Notes under the pieces: generated by a model
Told to the model about the DNA's origin: nothing
Database searches by the model: none
Seen by the model: the letters and a program-made list of their open reading frames with translations, nothing else
Translations under genes and position numbers: made by a program
Assembly (NCBI GenBank): GCA_016748015.1
Contig: JAAOMT010000563.1
Location: forward strand, 124,001-188,000
Direction: 5' to 3'
DNA length: 64,000 nucleotides
From: Geosiphon pyriformis uo1
Lineage: Eukaryota; Fungi; Glomeromycota
Shown here: positions 12,901 to 24,509 of the stretch, piece by piece
Position numbering within the stretch: the first letter of the stretch is position 1
Layout: the number at the start of each line of letters is the position of its first letter

Positions 12901-14653
12901 TCTGATTAAATTGTTAATTAATCCAATCAATTGCTTTCTGGCTAGTATGACCAACACACTTGCATCATGTGGGTCATTATTGGTCAATAATATTCCTAAT
13001 GTTTTCCGGTCTGGTGTTGGTGTTCCTGTTACTAATGTTTTGGGCATAGTGTGATACTTAAGCATGGTTGCCTCTTTAAGAAAATTTGGGATTGTGTTCA
13101 TGAATCAGCTTCTAAATTGTAATGATGTGTGCTTCACTTGGAGCACTTTTTGCAGATAGAAAAAACTGGATCCCAGAGGTCGGGTTTCTGATTGGTTTAT
13201 CTTTTTAATCTCATTCATTTCTAGTGGTGGTCTAACTGGTGTTGGTGCTTTGGATCACCATTTTGTTTCAGATACACACTTATGCAATTTTGGCTTTATT
13301 AATAGTTATCTTGTTGAGAACGGACCTGGCATTATAAGTGTATACACAAATGGGTCAGTCAAGAGTTTGGGTTCTGCAGGCACTTGTGGTAATGCTGCTG
13401 CTTACTTCTCAGACATTGATTTGAGTGTGGGGGTTAAAATTTATGGCTTACTTTCTTCAACTCTGGTGGAACTTTAGGCTATTGCTCTTGCTTTAGAATG
13501 CACTTTAGTTTCAAGCTCAGTTATGTTGTTCACAGACAGCCAGACTTCTTTGAAAGTGTGTGCTTTGTTGGTCAATTCTGTTGGTCCCAATTTTTGCAAT
13601 AAATGCTAAATTAAGAAGGAACACATTCATTTTACTATTGCTTTTAAGAGACTTTTGGTTTGCTGGAATAAAGTCAAGGGTCACTTTGGGGTTGTTGGTA
13701 ATAAGCATGCCAACTTTTTTGCTAATGCTGCCACTAAGTCTAAGTTTGTGCTGCTGGTCAGTGTGGCATATCGATTCCTTACTGTGGAAGACCAACTTGT
13801 TTCTGGAAATGCTCGTCAATTTATTTGGTGTCTATTTGATGCTGTTAATTTTGTTGGCTGGAAGTCCAAGTGTGTGGGTGGCATTATTGATTTAAATTTT
13901 GTCAAACAATTTGATATGCACCAAATCTTTTGAGTTTGGCACTCCAATAGTGGTATCCACTCTGGCTTTTCCAGCTCTGTTACTGCGACACTGAGATCTT
14001 ACTTCATAAAAGCTCTTCATTGTAGGCTGCCCACAGCTGTGAGGAAAAAACAGTACAGATCAAGTTATCCTAATGTAGCATGTATTCATTGTAGTTTGAT
14101 TGAAGATTCTGACTATATGTTCTTATGCACCTGGGATGTTGATGCCAAAAAAAAGTTGATTTCTGACATGATTAAGATGTGGACTAGCTTGTCTGGAATC
14201 AGTAATGTTAATTGTGCTGTAACTTGCTCCTTGCATAATACTAAACTGTCAGATGGTTTGTATATGGCCCTAGCCAAGGGTTTTGTGTTAAAGGAATGGG
14301 TGGCTAACACAGTATGTTTGTTAAGCCCTGGTTCTAACAGGGGTTTGTTGGTTATTAATCTGGTCTGTGGGTTTGCAGAAGATCATTAATCTTCTATCTG
14401 GATACTGACTGCCAAATTGAGAGTGTATTATAAGAAATACGGTCTTTTGCCAAGGGATAACTTTGAGTTTTTGACCATATCTGGCCTGGCGTCTGTATGG
14501 TCTTGTAAAATGGTTTTTGATTTTGGTATTAGGTTGGATGTATATGTTTGTTTTGGCTTATATCTTAGTTTAGTGAGCTTGTATTTTGGTTTTCTGCATG
14601 ACTTTTCTGTGCTGGAAGGTTTGAGTGCATTGTATTATCTTGACTTGGCCTGA
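9944..14653 (+). pseudogene. LINE ORF2 polyprotein (APE, RT, RNase H, zinc finger) with many nonsense mutations
   Basis: Fragments 10046, 10871, 11447, 12125, 13250, 13655, 14039 and 14417 lie in one frame. Stops are mostly TGG>TGA/TAG or CGA/CAG>TGA/TAG. Confidence 0.9.
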
Positions 14654-14769
14654 GTGACCAGTCACATATAGACAATGCATAAGCCATACTTAATTTAGAG
14701 TCTTGTTGATTTTATGTACTTAGGTAGTGGTTGGGTTGCACTTATAAAAGCTTAATAAAAAAAAAATTA

Positions 14770-15508
14770 TTTTTAACATTATTTATAATAATCTTGAAAA
14801 AAATATTATGTAAAACAATAATAGAAAAACAAATTTAAATCTAAATACACAGAAAATATTATAATTTTAAAAATAATAAAAAAATAACTTAATAAGTTAG
14901 ATTTAAATAATAGTATTTAAAAAAGCTTTAAATGTAAATTTTATATAAAAAAGCTTAATATTGTTTTTAATAACTAATTTTAAATCAAAAAACCATATAA
15001 AAACTAAAAATAATTTTAAAATAAACCAATTTAATTTTTATAATTTTATTAAATATTAAAGTAAAATTATTTTTTAAAATTAATAATATTATTAAAAATT
15101 TAAAAATTTATAATTAAAGTTTTTTATATAAAAAATAAAAACTTAATACCTTAATAATTTATAATACTTGATATTTAATTTTTTTGTATTATAGCAAATT
15201 TATTTTAATATTTTTTATTCTTTTATTAAGTTATTTAACTTTTATAAATTTTAATATTATACTTTTTTTGTGTTTTTTATTAAATAATTTTTAATATTAT
15301 AATCTTAATAATTATATATTTTAACAAAACAAATAACAAAAAAATACAAAAAAACAAAAGAAAATAAAAATTTAATAGTTTATTAATAGTTATAATCAAA
15401 AACTATTGGTCTAAAATAATAATAATATTAGTATTATGTTTTTGGTATTTGTTGTTTTAAAATAGTTTAAGTTAATTAATTATTATTAATTATATATTTT
15501 TATTATTT
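14770..15508. repeat. AT-eroded repeat relic, partly homologous to 58560-58670
   Basis: 15330-15410 (A-rich run then ttaatagttataatcaaaaactattg) resembles 58560-58666 (A-rich run then ttaatagccataatcaaaagctattg). Confidence 0.45.
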
Positions 15509-15518
15509 ATAAGTTTTT

Positions 15519-18500
15519 GAGAGTTCGGATGTGGCCACTGGTGGTAAGACTGTTGCAAATGCAATGAGTTTTGATACTTCTGTTATTTTGAAAATGGAAA
15601 AAATATTGAAGAATCTTTTAGTTACAGTTATGAGTCTTTCGGCTAAAATAGAAAAAAATGGTTTTGTTTCTGCTGTTTGTTCTTCCTAATGAGTAAGTTA
15701 GTGTGAAAATTTGGTACATGTAATGTTCGGGATATCAATGTTCCTGTCAAGCAAGTGGATATTGTGCATTGGCATATGAACTCTGATAATATGGTGTTTT
15801 TTGTCACAGAAACTAAATTGAAGTTCAGCATTAAGCCATGAATTGCTAATAAGTTTGAGAGTGTGTATGTCTTCACATTGAATTTGGAAAAAGGTTTTTT
15901 TGGTGCTGGGGTGGCTGTTATTATAGACAATTCTCTGGCTTGACATGTGTCTAAAGTTGAAGAGATGCCTGGTTGGATTATTTTGGTGTGGCTTCTGTTT
16001 AAGAGCAAGCTTTCTGTGACTGTACTCGGTTTGTATGCTGGTGCTTTCTTTAGTGTTCATTTTGGGCAAACATCTAAAGTAAACTCTATTATTGCAAAGA
16101 CTGTAAACTCCAGCACTTTTGTGGTCCTGGGTGGGAATTTTAATGAATGTGGATCTGGAAGAAGTGCGAGTTTCAGGTTTTGCTTAAATCTGAGTCTGGT
16201 TAATTCGTTTGCTGGTCATTGTTTGGTTAATACTCCTACTTGGTGCAATTCAAGAGGAGTTGAAAAGACTATTGATTATATTTTTGTTAGTAAGAGTCTG
16301 TCTTCCACTATTGTTAAACATTGGGTTGGTTTTGTTTCTGATTTTTTTTAATATGGATCATAATGCTGTTGTTGTGTCAGTTGATTTGGGTGGGCTCTTG
16401 GATGTTCAGTTAAATAGTTTGCATAAGCAGGCTAATAAGGATTGTTGGAAGTTTAAAATTAAAGATGCAGATAGTGCTGGGTGGTTTCATTTTAGGGACT
16501 GCTCTTCCACCAAAATTTTGATGGTAAAAGATGAGTTTTTTGCCACTGCTGCTGATCATAATTTAGATGCTATGTGGTCACTGCTGGAAAAGGCTTTGGT
16601 AAATTCTACTAATGAGATATTTTTTAGATATTGGTTCAGTGTTTTTTAGTGTTCAAATAATATGCAATCTTTTAAATTTCTGGGCTTGGAGTTGTTGATT
16701 GCTAAGATTGTCAAAAACCTGGACTTTGCTGATATTCTTGGTTTTGATTATTTTGTTAAAAAGTGAACATCTTTGGATGCTACTAATGCTCTTGTTTTAG
16801 AAGACATGATTCATGATAATCAAAGATCAAAGGATATTCTTAAATATTTATCACTTATCAGGAAGGAGTATAGAAAGTCTAAATTACATGAATCAAAGTT
16901 GGTACAAAAGGCTTCTATCAAGAAGGCTGTCAAAAAGTGCATGGAGAGATTTTGTTCAAATAAAAGGAGTATGATCAGAAGTATTTTAGATAAGTTTTTT
17001 TGAAGATGGTGTTAGATTATTTGGTGATCAATGATAAGTTGATTTTGGAGCCAGATGAGGTGAGGTTGAATGTCAACAGTATCATGAAAGGTTGGACGTG
17101 GAAATGTGTAGTGTCTCCTATGCTTCCTAGTCTCTGGGCTCATTAATATGCATCTTTAGACTATGTTAGGAATGGTATCTTTTCTGGTGTAATGGATGCG
17201 ATTAGTATGAATGAATTGCTTTTGGTTATTGGTGGTCTGCCTGATGGCAAAGCCACTGGCCTGTTTGGCATTCCCAACAAACTATAGAAACATGGTGGTA
17301 AAGAAATAATAAGATGCCTTTTGGTGTTGTTGAATGTGTGTTTATCTGTTAGTATAGTGCCTGCTTTGTAGAGGAGAGCATGGGTTTCAATGATTCCTAA
17401 GCCTTATAACTGGAATGGAGTTCTTACAAACACTCAGCCAATTGCTTTAATTGAAACTGCTAGGAAAATTTTGGTTAAAATTTTATCTGATCATATATCA
17501 TTTGCATATAACAAGTTTGGTGTTCTCTAGAGTGATAACTTTTTGGTGCTTCATGGCATGTTCACACAATCTCTGGTGTTTGCAATTGGGTTTGTAATGG
17601 AGAATGTTCTTGAAAAAAACAGAAAAATTTGGTTGGTGTTGCAGGATATATGAAAGACATATGATTCTGTTAGTTGGCATCATTTGAGAGCTAGTTTACA
17701 GTACATCAAAATGTGCAAGAGATTCATTAAGTTTTTTAGTAATATCTATGAGGACAGGGTTAACAGAGTGATGACTAATTTTGGTTTGTCAGATGGTTAC
17801 AGAGTTTATGATGGTTTAAATCAGGGTGAAGTTTTTTTGCCTCTTTTATAAAGAATTTTCTATGATCCACTCTTGTACAAGGTGAAAAGACATGAGCAGT
17901 TGTATGGGTACTGCATTAATTCGAAGTTTGTTGCGAAAATGGACAGGATTGAAGGTGTTGGTGAAATGACATCTTATTTTGCAGCTGGCACCTTTGTTGA
18001 TGACACAATTTGAGTTGGGAATTGTCAAGCCTCTACTCAGTATGCTCTGAACATTGCCAGTAAATTCTTCAAGATTAATGATATCTCTATTAGATAGTGG
18101 CTATTCTTATTAATCAGAGTGTTAAGGTTGCTTCTCTAAATATTTGTGGTCAGCCGATTTCTATTGCCAAAAAGGACAAGACATATTGTTATCTGGGAAT
18201 TTTTTTGTCTATGGAGGGATTGTTTAAGCCGAGTATTGTAAAGACTCATTCTGATATTTGTTTTTTTGTCAATGTTGTGCTCAGGAAGGCTATTACAGAT
18301 AAACAATACTCATACTTGGTTTTTGCTGTCTTGCAGCCTATTATTGGCTACCAGATTCAGTTTAGTTATGTTTTATCTGGTGTTTATTACAAGTAAGATG
18401 TTATGGTTAGGAAGGGTCTTAAATCCAAGACTGGTCTGTCTTGTGATTTTCCCAATGTTGCATTGCATTACCCTTCTTTGTATGGCTTAAAAACTTTTAA

Positions 18501-21494
18501 ACAAGTGCAGTTTGAGGGGAAAGTTGCTGCTCTAGTGTTTTTTTCTAATGTCTCTGGTGTTCTTGGATGTTTGTTTAATCATATATTTTTGGACTTGCAG
18601 GTTCTTGGTTGGGCTCCTCTGAATCCACTCCAGTTTTCTATCAAGCTGTGTTTTAGTCCTATTAACAATTTTTTGGCTGGGATTGTGAAGATTTTTTTGG
18701 ACAATAAACTTTCTTTGGTGAATAATCTTCTTAATGCCTATTGTAGTTCTGGTCAATTTCCAATGTCATTAATTCTTGGGGATTTTTTATATTTTAATTC
18801 TGTCCAATCTCTGAAAAAATTCGGGTTTGCTTTTGGTGACTGTCTCTTGAGCAAAAAGAGTAGTGTGCTTGATTGAAAAACTTTTCGTCATTGGAAGAGA
18901 TTAGATCCTCAAGGCCCTGTACCTTGCTGGTTCTTAATTGCATCTGAGTTTATATTGGCCCAAGGTTCTTTTTTGCCCAGCTCTACTGGGTCTAATCAGT
19001 CTGATAGTTTGAACATTGTTACCAGAGGTTTTTGGTCTTCTTTCTTGAATGTTGTTGATGCCTGTTTGCTGTGAATTCACATTTCTAGGAAGTAGTTGGA
19101 CCTTCAGTAACTGAATTTATCTTCAAATTATCTCCTATAATTTGAATTTGCTGGGCTTATAAGTGGAATAGCCAATTCCGTGCCAGTTGCTTTATGTAGT
19201 TACATTGTAGTAAACATCAACTCTTTCCCAGGAATTGCTCATCTGGAAGCTCACTAAAAATGTGTAGTTATTTTGCTGTGAAAGTCAACTCTTCTACAGG
19301 AATCTTGTCTGTAGACTACCCTAATGATTATAATAAGAAAAAAAAAGAAAAATAAAAGAAATGTAAAAGAAATAGGATTTTATCAAGGGAAACGTTTTTC
19401 TATCCAGGCCTGGAGTCACTAACAGTTTACTGAAATTGGTAGCTAATCAATTTCAAAACGTTAGTTGGGTTTTGGAGATTTTCCAAGTGCAATAATTAAA
19501 GAATTTGGTTTTTCAAATTATTTGATATTTATTTCTTTTTGTGTATATAGGAATGGTTTTTAAGTAATAAATCTAAAGTAAAATACATTTTCTCAAAAAA
19601 AGATGCTCTTCTTTTATACAACTTATTATAACACTATTCTATAAACTTGAACTTTGCTATTTTCTACAATTTCGCTGAACTAAAAATACATTTTGGCAAA
19701 CTACAAGTTATTTCTGTAAACTATTAGATATTTTGGTGAACTATCAATTATTTTGGCAAATTTCTACAAATTTTGGCAAACTTTTAAATATTACATAGTT
19801 TGGGATATTGCATGATTTGATTATCGCAATTAAGTTACATTTGTGTTGTGTACAAATTGGATTATTAATTTAAATGATAATTTCAAACATTTTGCTAATG
19901 TAATAAGTGATAATTTGAAATGATAATATATGCTAATTAATGATAAGATTTATAAGATAATTTCATGCTAAATAATATCTCTAATTTTGTCTGGTAACAA
20001 CATTTAGGAGTCTGATGTGTTTTTTGCTGTGAAAAATGGCTTGCATAATGTCTGGTCTGATTGCTTTGAGGTATACACTGATGGGTCTTTGAAAGGGGCT
20101 GGCTCTGCTGATGTCACTTGTAAAGCAGCTGCATATTTTCTGGCTTTGGATTTGAGTGTTAGGGTTTTGGTTTATGGTCTTTTGTCATCTACTTTTGCTG
20201 AATTGCAAGCCATTGCTTTGTTTCTTGAGTGTGTTCCATTTTCATGTAAGTTAGTTTTGCATATTGATAGCTAGGCTGCTATTAACTCTTGCTTGTCAGA
20301 ATTGTCATCCACTGTGCCTGACTTTTAAAACTGGTGCTGGTTGGAGAGACATCATATTTTTAATTTGATTCAGGATAAAGATTTTGAGGTGGTTTGGGTT
20401 AAGATTAAGAGGCATTCTGGTATCTCTGGCAATGTTAAGACTGATTTGGCGGCTGAGGAGACTACTCAGTCTCATTTCACACTGCTGGCTGGAGTTCGTG
20501 AGCAGTTTTTGGTTGCTGAGAACACTGCAGTTTCTGACAACACCTGTTATTTTGTCAGAGACATTTTCCAGTCTGTTAGTTGTCCTTACTGGGAGGCTGG
20601 GCCTGGTTATGATGTGGTTCCTGATAAGCTGGTTGGAGGTGTGGACTGGATTTTGACTGCAAAAGTGTGGGATCCCAACTCTCACATGTTTGCTGGATTC
20701 ACTAGTCAGAATTCTTCAAACTTGCATACTTATTTGATGAAGGCTGTATACAGGTGTTTTCCCATGGCAGTTCAGAAGTGGTTGTATGATAAAAGGTATC
20801 TTGGTGTGCTGTGCTTGCTGTGTAGTGAAGTGGAGTTTTTGGATTATGCCTTTATATATGCTCAAAATGTAGCTATTCGCAATAAAGTTTTGGCTGAAAC
20901 TTCTGCCCATTGGGTTTCTGTGGCTGGTGTCTGTAATTTGTCATCTTCTATTATTTTGTGGGTTTTGTTTGTCTGTTCTTTGGATGTCAGCTTGTATTCT
21001 GTTGTTTGTAAAGGTTTTGTACTGAGCAAGTGGTATGAGAAAGCTCGGAGTGTATTTGATGATAAAAAGTGGGCTGTTGGTGAGGTTGTTAATTTTGTTA
21101 GGTTTGTTGCGGAGTTGCATCATGTGAAGGCATGGTTGGTGAGGTCTGAACACAGAGTGCAGATAGAGAAAGCTGACTTGATTGTTGATAAGAGTGTGAT
21201 TTCTGGTCTTTTCTGTAGTGTGTCTTCAATGTTGTTTAACAGAATAGTCAGATTACTTGGTGTTGTCAAATTTTTTGCTGTTAGCTTTGGTCATCATAGA
21301 CCGTGTTGCTTTTTCTCTGATCTGGGAGGTGATGTGAATGTTAATATAGGTGTGTAGTATTGCCTTGTCTGGCCCAAATGGCTAGTCACATGTAGTAAGT
21401 GTGCGAGTCACATTTAGTTTGGACCACTTAGTTTGGCTCTATGTATTAAATAATGGTTGGGCTTCACTTATTAAAATGCTTTAATAAAAAAAAA
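15519..21494 (+). mobile_element. 5'-truncated degenerate LINE (end of ORF1 plus ORF2 APE-RT-RNase H-zinc finger), second subfamily, interrupted by a solo LTR
   Basis: ORF2 ATG at 15689. Motifs GGNFN, TIDYIF, TFVDDT and VYTDGS..AELQAI..DS. ORF2 stop at 21357, then the conserved tail and poly(A). 10-bp TSD ataagttttt at 15509-15518 and 21495-21504. Confidence 0.93.
19017..19999 (-). mobile_element. Solo LTR (983 bp) of the Gypsy family at 60.4-64 kb
   Basis: Perfect 10-bp terminal inverted repeat TGTTACCAGA...TCTGGTAACA and 4-bp TSD ACAT (19013-19016, 20000-20003). Colinear with 60398-61372. The LINE frame resumes across the insertion. Confidence 0.95.
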
Positions 21495-21658
21495 ATAAGT
21501 TTTTTAGTTAAATAATAAAGTCTTATTAAATTAATTAATTTTAACTTTAAAAATAAAATAATTTTTAAGTTTTATAATTATTAATTAATTGATTAATTTT
21601 TTAATATTTTTTTTATAATTGTTATATATAATTATTATTAATAATATAATATATTTTA

Positions 21659-23943
21659 AAAAACTCTTTGTCTTCTTAATTTTATGACCACGACCAAAGC
21701 AAAGAGTAAAAAGGCTGCACCTAATATCTGTCTTAAGATATCTAATAAAATTTCAACCAGAGGAGTTCTTTCTGTTGTAGAAACAACTAGGCAAAACGTT
21801 TTAGAAGCCTTCCTCTTACCCAGTAATCGTAAAAAGCTGCCTTTGGTAGCCACTGAATCAACTTCCTCATCTTTGGCTGGTTTTTCACCAGTCAAAGTTT
21901 TTTCAAAGAGATATACTTGGGTTACTCCCAGTGTTGCCTTCACTCCAACTAAAAGCCCAAAAGTTTTTAATAATAGACCAGTAAATAAGCTGGTCTTCCC
22001 CTCTATAGATTCAACACCTGGTGCTTCTGGTACCATCTCTTCAAAAAAAATGGTCAAAAAGACCAAAAGTTCAGAAAAATGGGGACAGTCACTTGCCTCT
22101 GCTATTGTTACACCAAACCCTTTTGTGGTTCCCAATAAGATCTTAGATGAGATCTCAGTAGCATCATCTGACACGTCATCCAAGATGGGCCAAGATCAAC
22201 CACTGGCTGTGTTGCCAAATGTGGTGTTTTCCGGCAGATCGTCGCCGGTTTTAGAAGCAAAACAATCTCCTTCTGTTGGGTCATCTGTTCTTGAGAACTG
22301 GGCTGATCAAATGGAAACTGATTCATCTCCTCCTCTAGTTTCTGGTGCTACTTCTGGTGGTGCTTGGGAAATTATTACTAGTTGTCAAAGGTTTGCTGGG
22401 TGGGTGGCCTCTACTCTGGTGCCTAGTGCTACTTTTAAGATCAAATTGGCTCATGTTAAGACTGTTTTTCAGTCTGTGCATGGTTTTTTGGGTGCTAAAT
22501 CTGTTTCAAAAGACAATGTGAAGCTTTTTTGTGTGGAGTTTGCTTCTCAACAGTCTTTGGAAGCTGCGTTTCTGGTTGAGCTTACAAGTTCTGTTCGTTT
22601 GGCCACTCTCAAAATTGCCAAGTCTTTGGTGGTTTCTGAATCTGGTTCTTCTTCTGCTGCTGTTGTGCTGCATGATGTACCTTTGGGTGTGTCTGCTGCT
22701 GATATTAAGTTGGCTCTCAGTGTGTTTGGTAGTGTTACTCATGTTGTGCTGAAGCTTGCTGGCATTTGGCAGTATGTGGTGGTTTATTTTGAAAAGTTGG
22801 ACTCTGCTGTGTCTGCCTTGAAGCATTGGTCAGTCTTAGTGGACAAGGATAGTGTTAGAATCCTCTCTCTGGTAAATCAAAATGAGACTATTTTGTCTCA
22901 TAATAAGTTTAAGGCCAAATTGATCTACTTTCTCTCTGGCTGTACTGTTTTTGAAATCAGTGATATGATTTCTCAGATTAGTGGTCGAACATGTTTCATC
23001 TCTCATTCTCCTGATTTTGGTCATCATTCCCAGTTTGCTTTGGTTACATTTGACTCTCAAGGCGATTTGGATTCTGCTGTAGTCAAAACTAGTACTCTAA
23101 GGAAATGCCGTATCTGGTGGGAAACTCCTGGCTGCCGGCACTGCTTTAGGTGTCAAGAAATGGGCCATCTGGTCATGGATTGCAAGATTTTCTCACCTTC
23201 TACTCTCAAGGTTCCCAAGGTTTTCAAGTCTCGTTTTGTGGATTCTGCTTCATATGCTAAGACTGCTGCTCCTTCTGGTCTTTCTGAGTTTCCTCCTTTA
23301 GTGGTTTCTTCAGCTGCTTCTGCTGCTGATCCTGCTGTTAGTTCCAGGTTGGACTCTTTGAAAAAGCAGATTTCGGATTTGGCTGCTCTGGTTAAGTCTA
23401 TTGTTGAGCCTGTTGGTTTTTTGGTTGCTTTGGTGTCTCGTTTTCTTGATGATAATGTTATTAAGGCTGTTCAGGTCGAGAAAGATATCGTTTCCATGAA
23501 GAGTGCTGCTAACAATTTTTCTAACCTCATGGTTGGAGTTTCCAAGGACATTGCTTATCTTAGATCTAAGATTGACTTTGGTAATATGGATTATGATGGT
23601 GTTCTGGCTGCTAAGTCTTTTTTTTTAAGTGAGGACACTATTGAGCATGTTATTGCTTTGTGGCGAATGTCTGGTGCTGAAACCAGGAGCAATATTGAAT
23701 CTACTAGATTGTTTCTTAGTGAGTTTATTTTTGACTCTAAGAATCTGAATGGTATCATTAAGAGAATTCGTGAGTTGGGGTTATTCTCACCTATTTTTGA
23801 TTCAGTATAGTGAGTCCTTGATTGGGCCAAGTGTCTGATCACATGTAGAAAATGCATGATTTACACCTATAATGTAATCCCTTCTGTGGTATCATAGTTT
23901 AAGTAGTATTTGGGTCTCACTCGTTAAAATATAATAAAAAAAA
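21659..23943 (+). mobile_element. ORF1-only non-autonomous retroelement (copy A) with LINE-type 3' tail and poly(A)
   Basis: A single 708-aa ORF is followed immediately by the ~130-nt tail shared with the LINEs and by aataaaaaaaa. There is no ORF2 sequence. Confidence 0.85.
21684..23810 (+). CDS. Intact 708-aa LINE ORF1-like protein: S/T/P-rich N-terminus, RRM-like domains, CCHC knuckle (CFRCQEMGHLVMDC), coiled coil, helical C-terminal extension
   Basis: Uninterrupted ORF. The RRM-like AVVLHDVPLGVSAADIKLALSVFG...WQYVVVYF parallels AVIIKKIPMNTPKEII..VSEFG...WQKTIVEF in ORF1 at 8766-8900. Confidence 0.8.
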   Translation: MTTTKAKSKKAAPNICLKISNKISTRGVLSVVETTRQNVLEAFLLPSNRKKLPLVATESTSSSLAGFSPVKVFSKRYTWVTPSVAFTPTKSPKVFNNRPVNKLVFPSIDSTPGASGTISSKKMVKKTKSSEKWGQSLASAIVTPNPFVVPNKILDEISVASSDTSSKMGQDQPLAVLPNVVFSGRSSPVLEAKQSPSVGSSVLENWADQMETDSSPPLVSGATSGGAWEIITSCQRFAGWVASTLVPSATFKIKLAHVKTVFQSVHGFLGAKSVSKDNVKLFCVEFASQQSLEAAFLVELTSSVRLATLKIAKSLVVSESGSSSAAVVLHDVPLGVSAADIKLALSVFGSVTHVVLKLAGIWQYVVVYFEKLDSAVSALKHWSVLVDKDSVRILSLVNQNETILSHNKFKAKLIYFLSGCTVFEISDMISQISGRTCFISHSPDFGHHSQFALVTFDSQGDLDSAVVKTSTLRKCRIWWETPGCRHCFRCQEMGHLVMDCKIFSPSTLKVPKVFKSRFVDSASYAKTAAPSGLSEFPPLVVSSAASAADPAVSSRLDSLKKQISDLAALVKSIVEPVGFLVALVSRFLDDNVIKAVQVEKDIVSMKSAANNFSNLMVGVSKDIAYLRSKIDFGNMDYDGVLAAKSFFLSEDTIEHVIALWRMSGAETRSNIESTRLFLSEFIFDSKNLNGIIKRIRELGLFSPIFDSV

Positions 23944-24509
23944 TATTTTAATATTTTTAATTAATATTTTATTATTTTTGATATTTTTAAAATTTTTTTT
24001 GGTATTTAGTATTTTTTTATTTTTTTATTATTTTATTAATTTTAATATTTAATTAATTAATTTTATATTTTAACTTTATTAGAGTTTTAAAAAAGTTGAG
24101 TCAATTTTTTTTAACTTATTATTTGACTTGTAAAAATTGGGTTTAAGTTATAAATATTTTATTTCAAAATAATATAAGTCAAAATTTTATAACTTAAATT
24201 TAATTTATTAAATCTTATATATAAATAGATTAAATTCCAATTTATTTATTTTTAACTTGAAAAATAACAGATGATTAGAATAATATATTTATTCATAAAA
24301 ATAACATGTTTAATAATGATATTAAAATAAATACTATAATTATTATAATTAAAAAAAAAGCAAACATAAGTTTAAAATTTTTATAAATAATTTAAAAATA
24401 AAAAAATAAATATAGCTTTTGCAAATAAGTATTTTTAATTATAAAAATATTTTTTTATTAATTATTTATTATTTGTTTAGTTTATTTATTAATAAGTTTT
24501 AATAATTTA

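Larger units (their letters stand above)
7950..14766 (+). mobile_element. Near full-length degenerate non-LTR retrotransposon (ORF1; ORF2 APE-RT-RNase H-zinc finger; 3' tail; poly(A))
   Basis: APE motifs TCNV.GIN, GGDFN, TW, IDFVF, SDH. RT motifs KAAGLSGI and AFVDDT. RNase H VYT(D/N)GS...WNKVKGH..GN..A. C-terminal CxxC. aataaa plus A-tract at 14754-14766. The 5' end is approximate. Confidence 0.93.
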
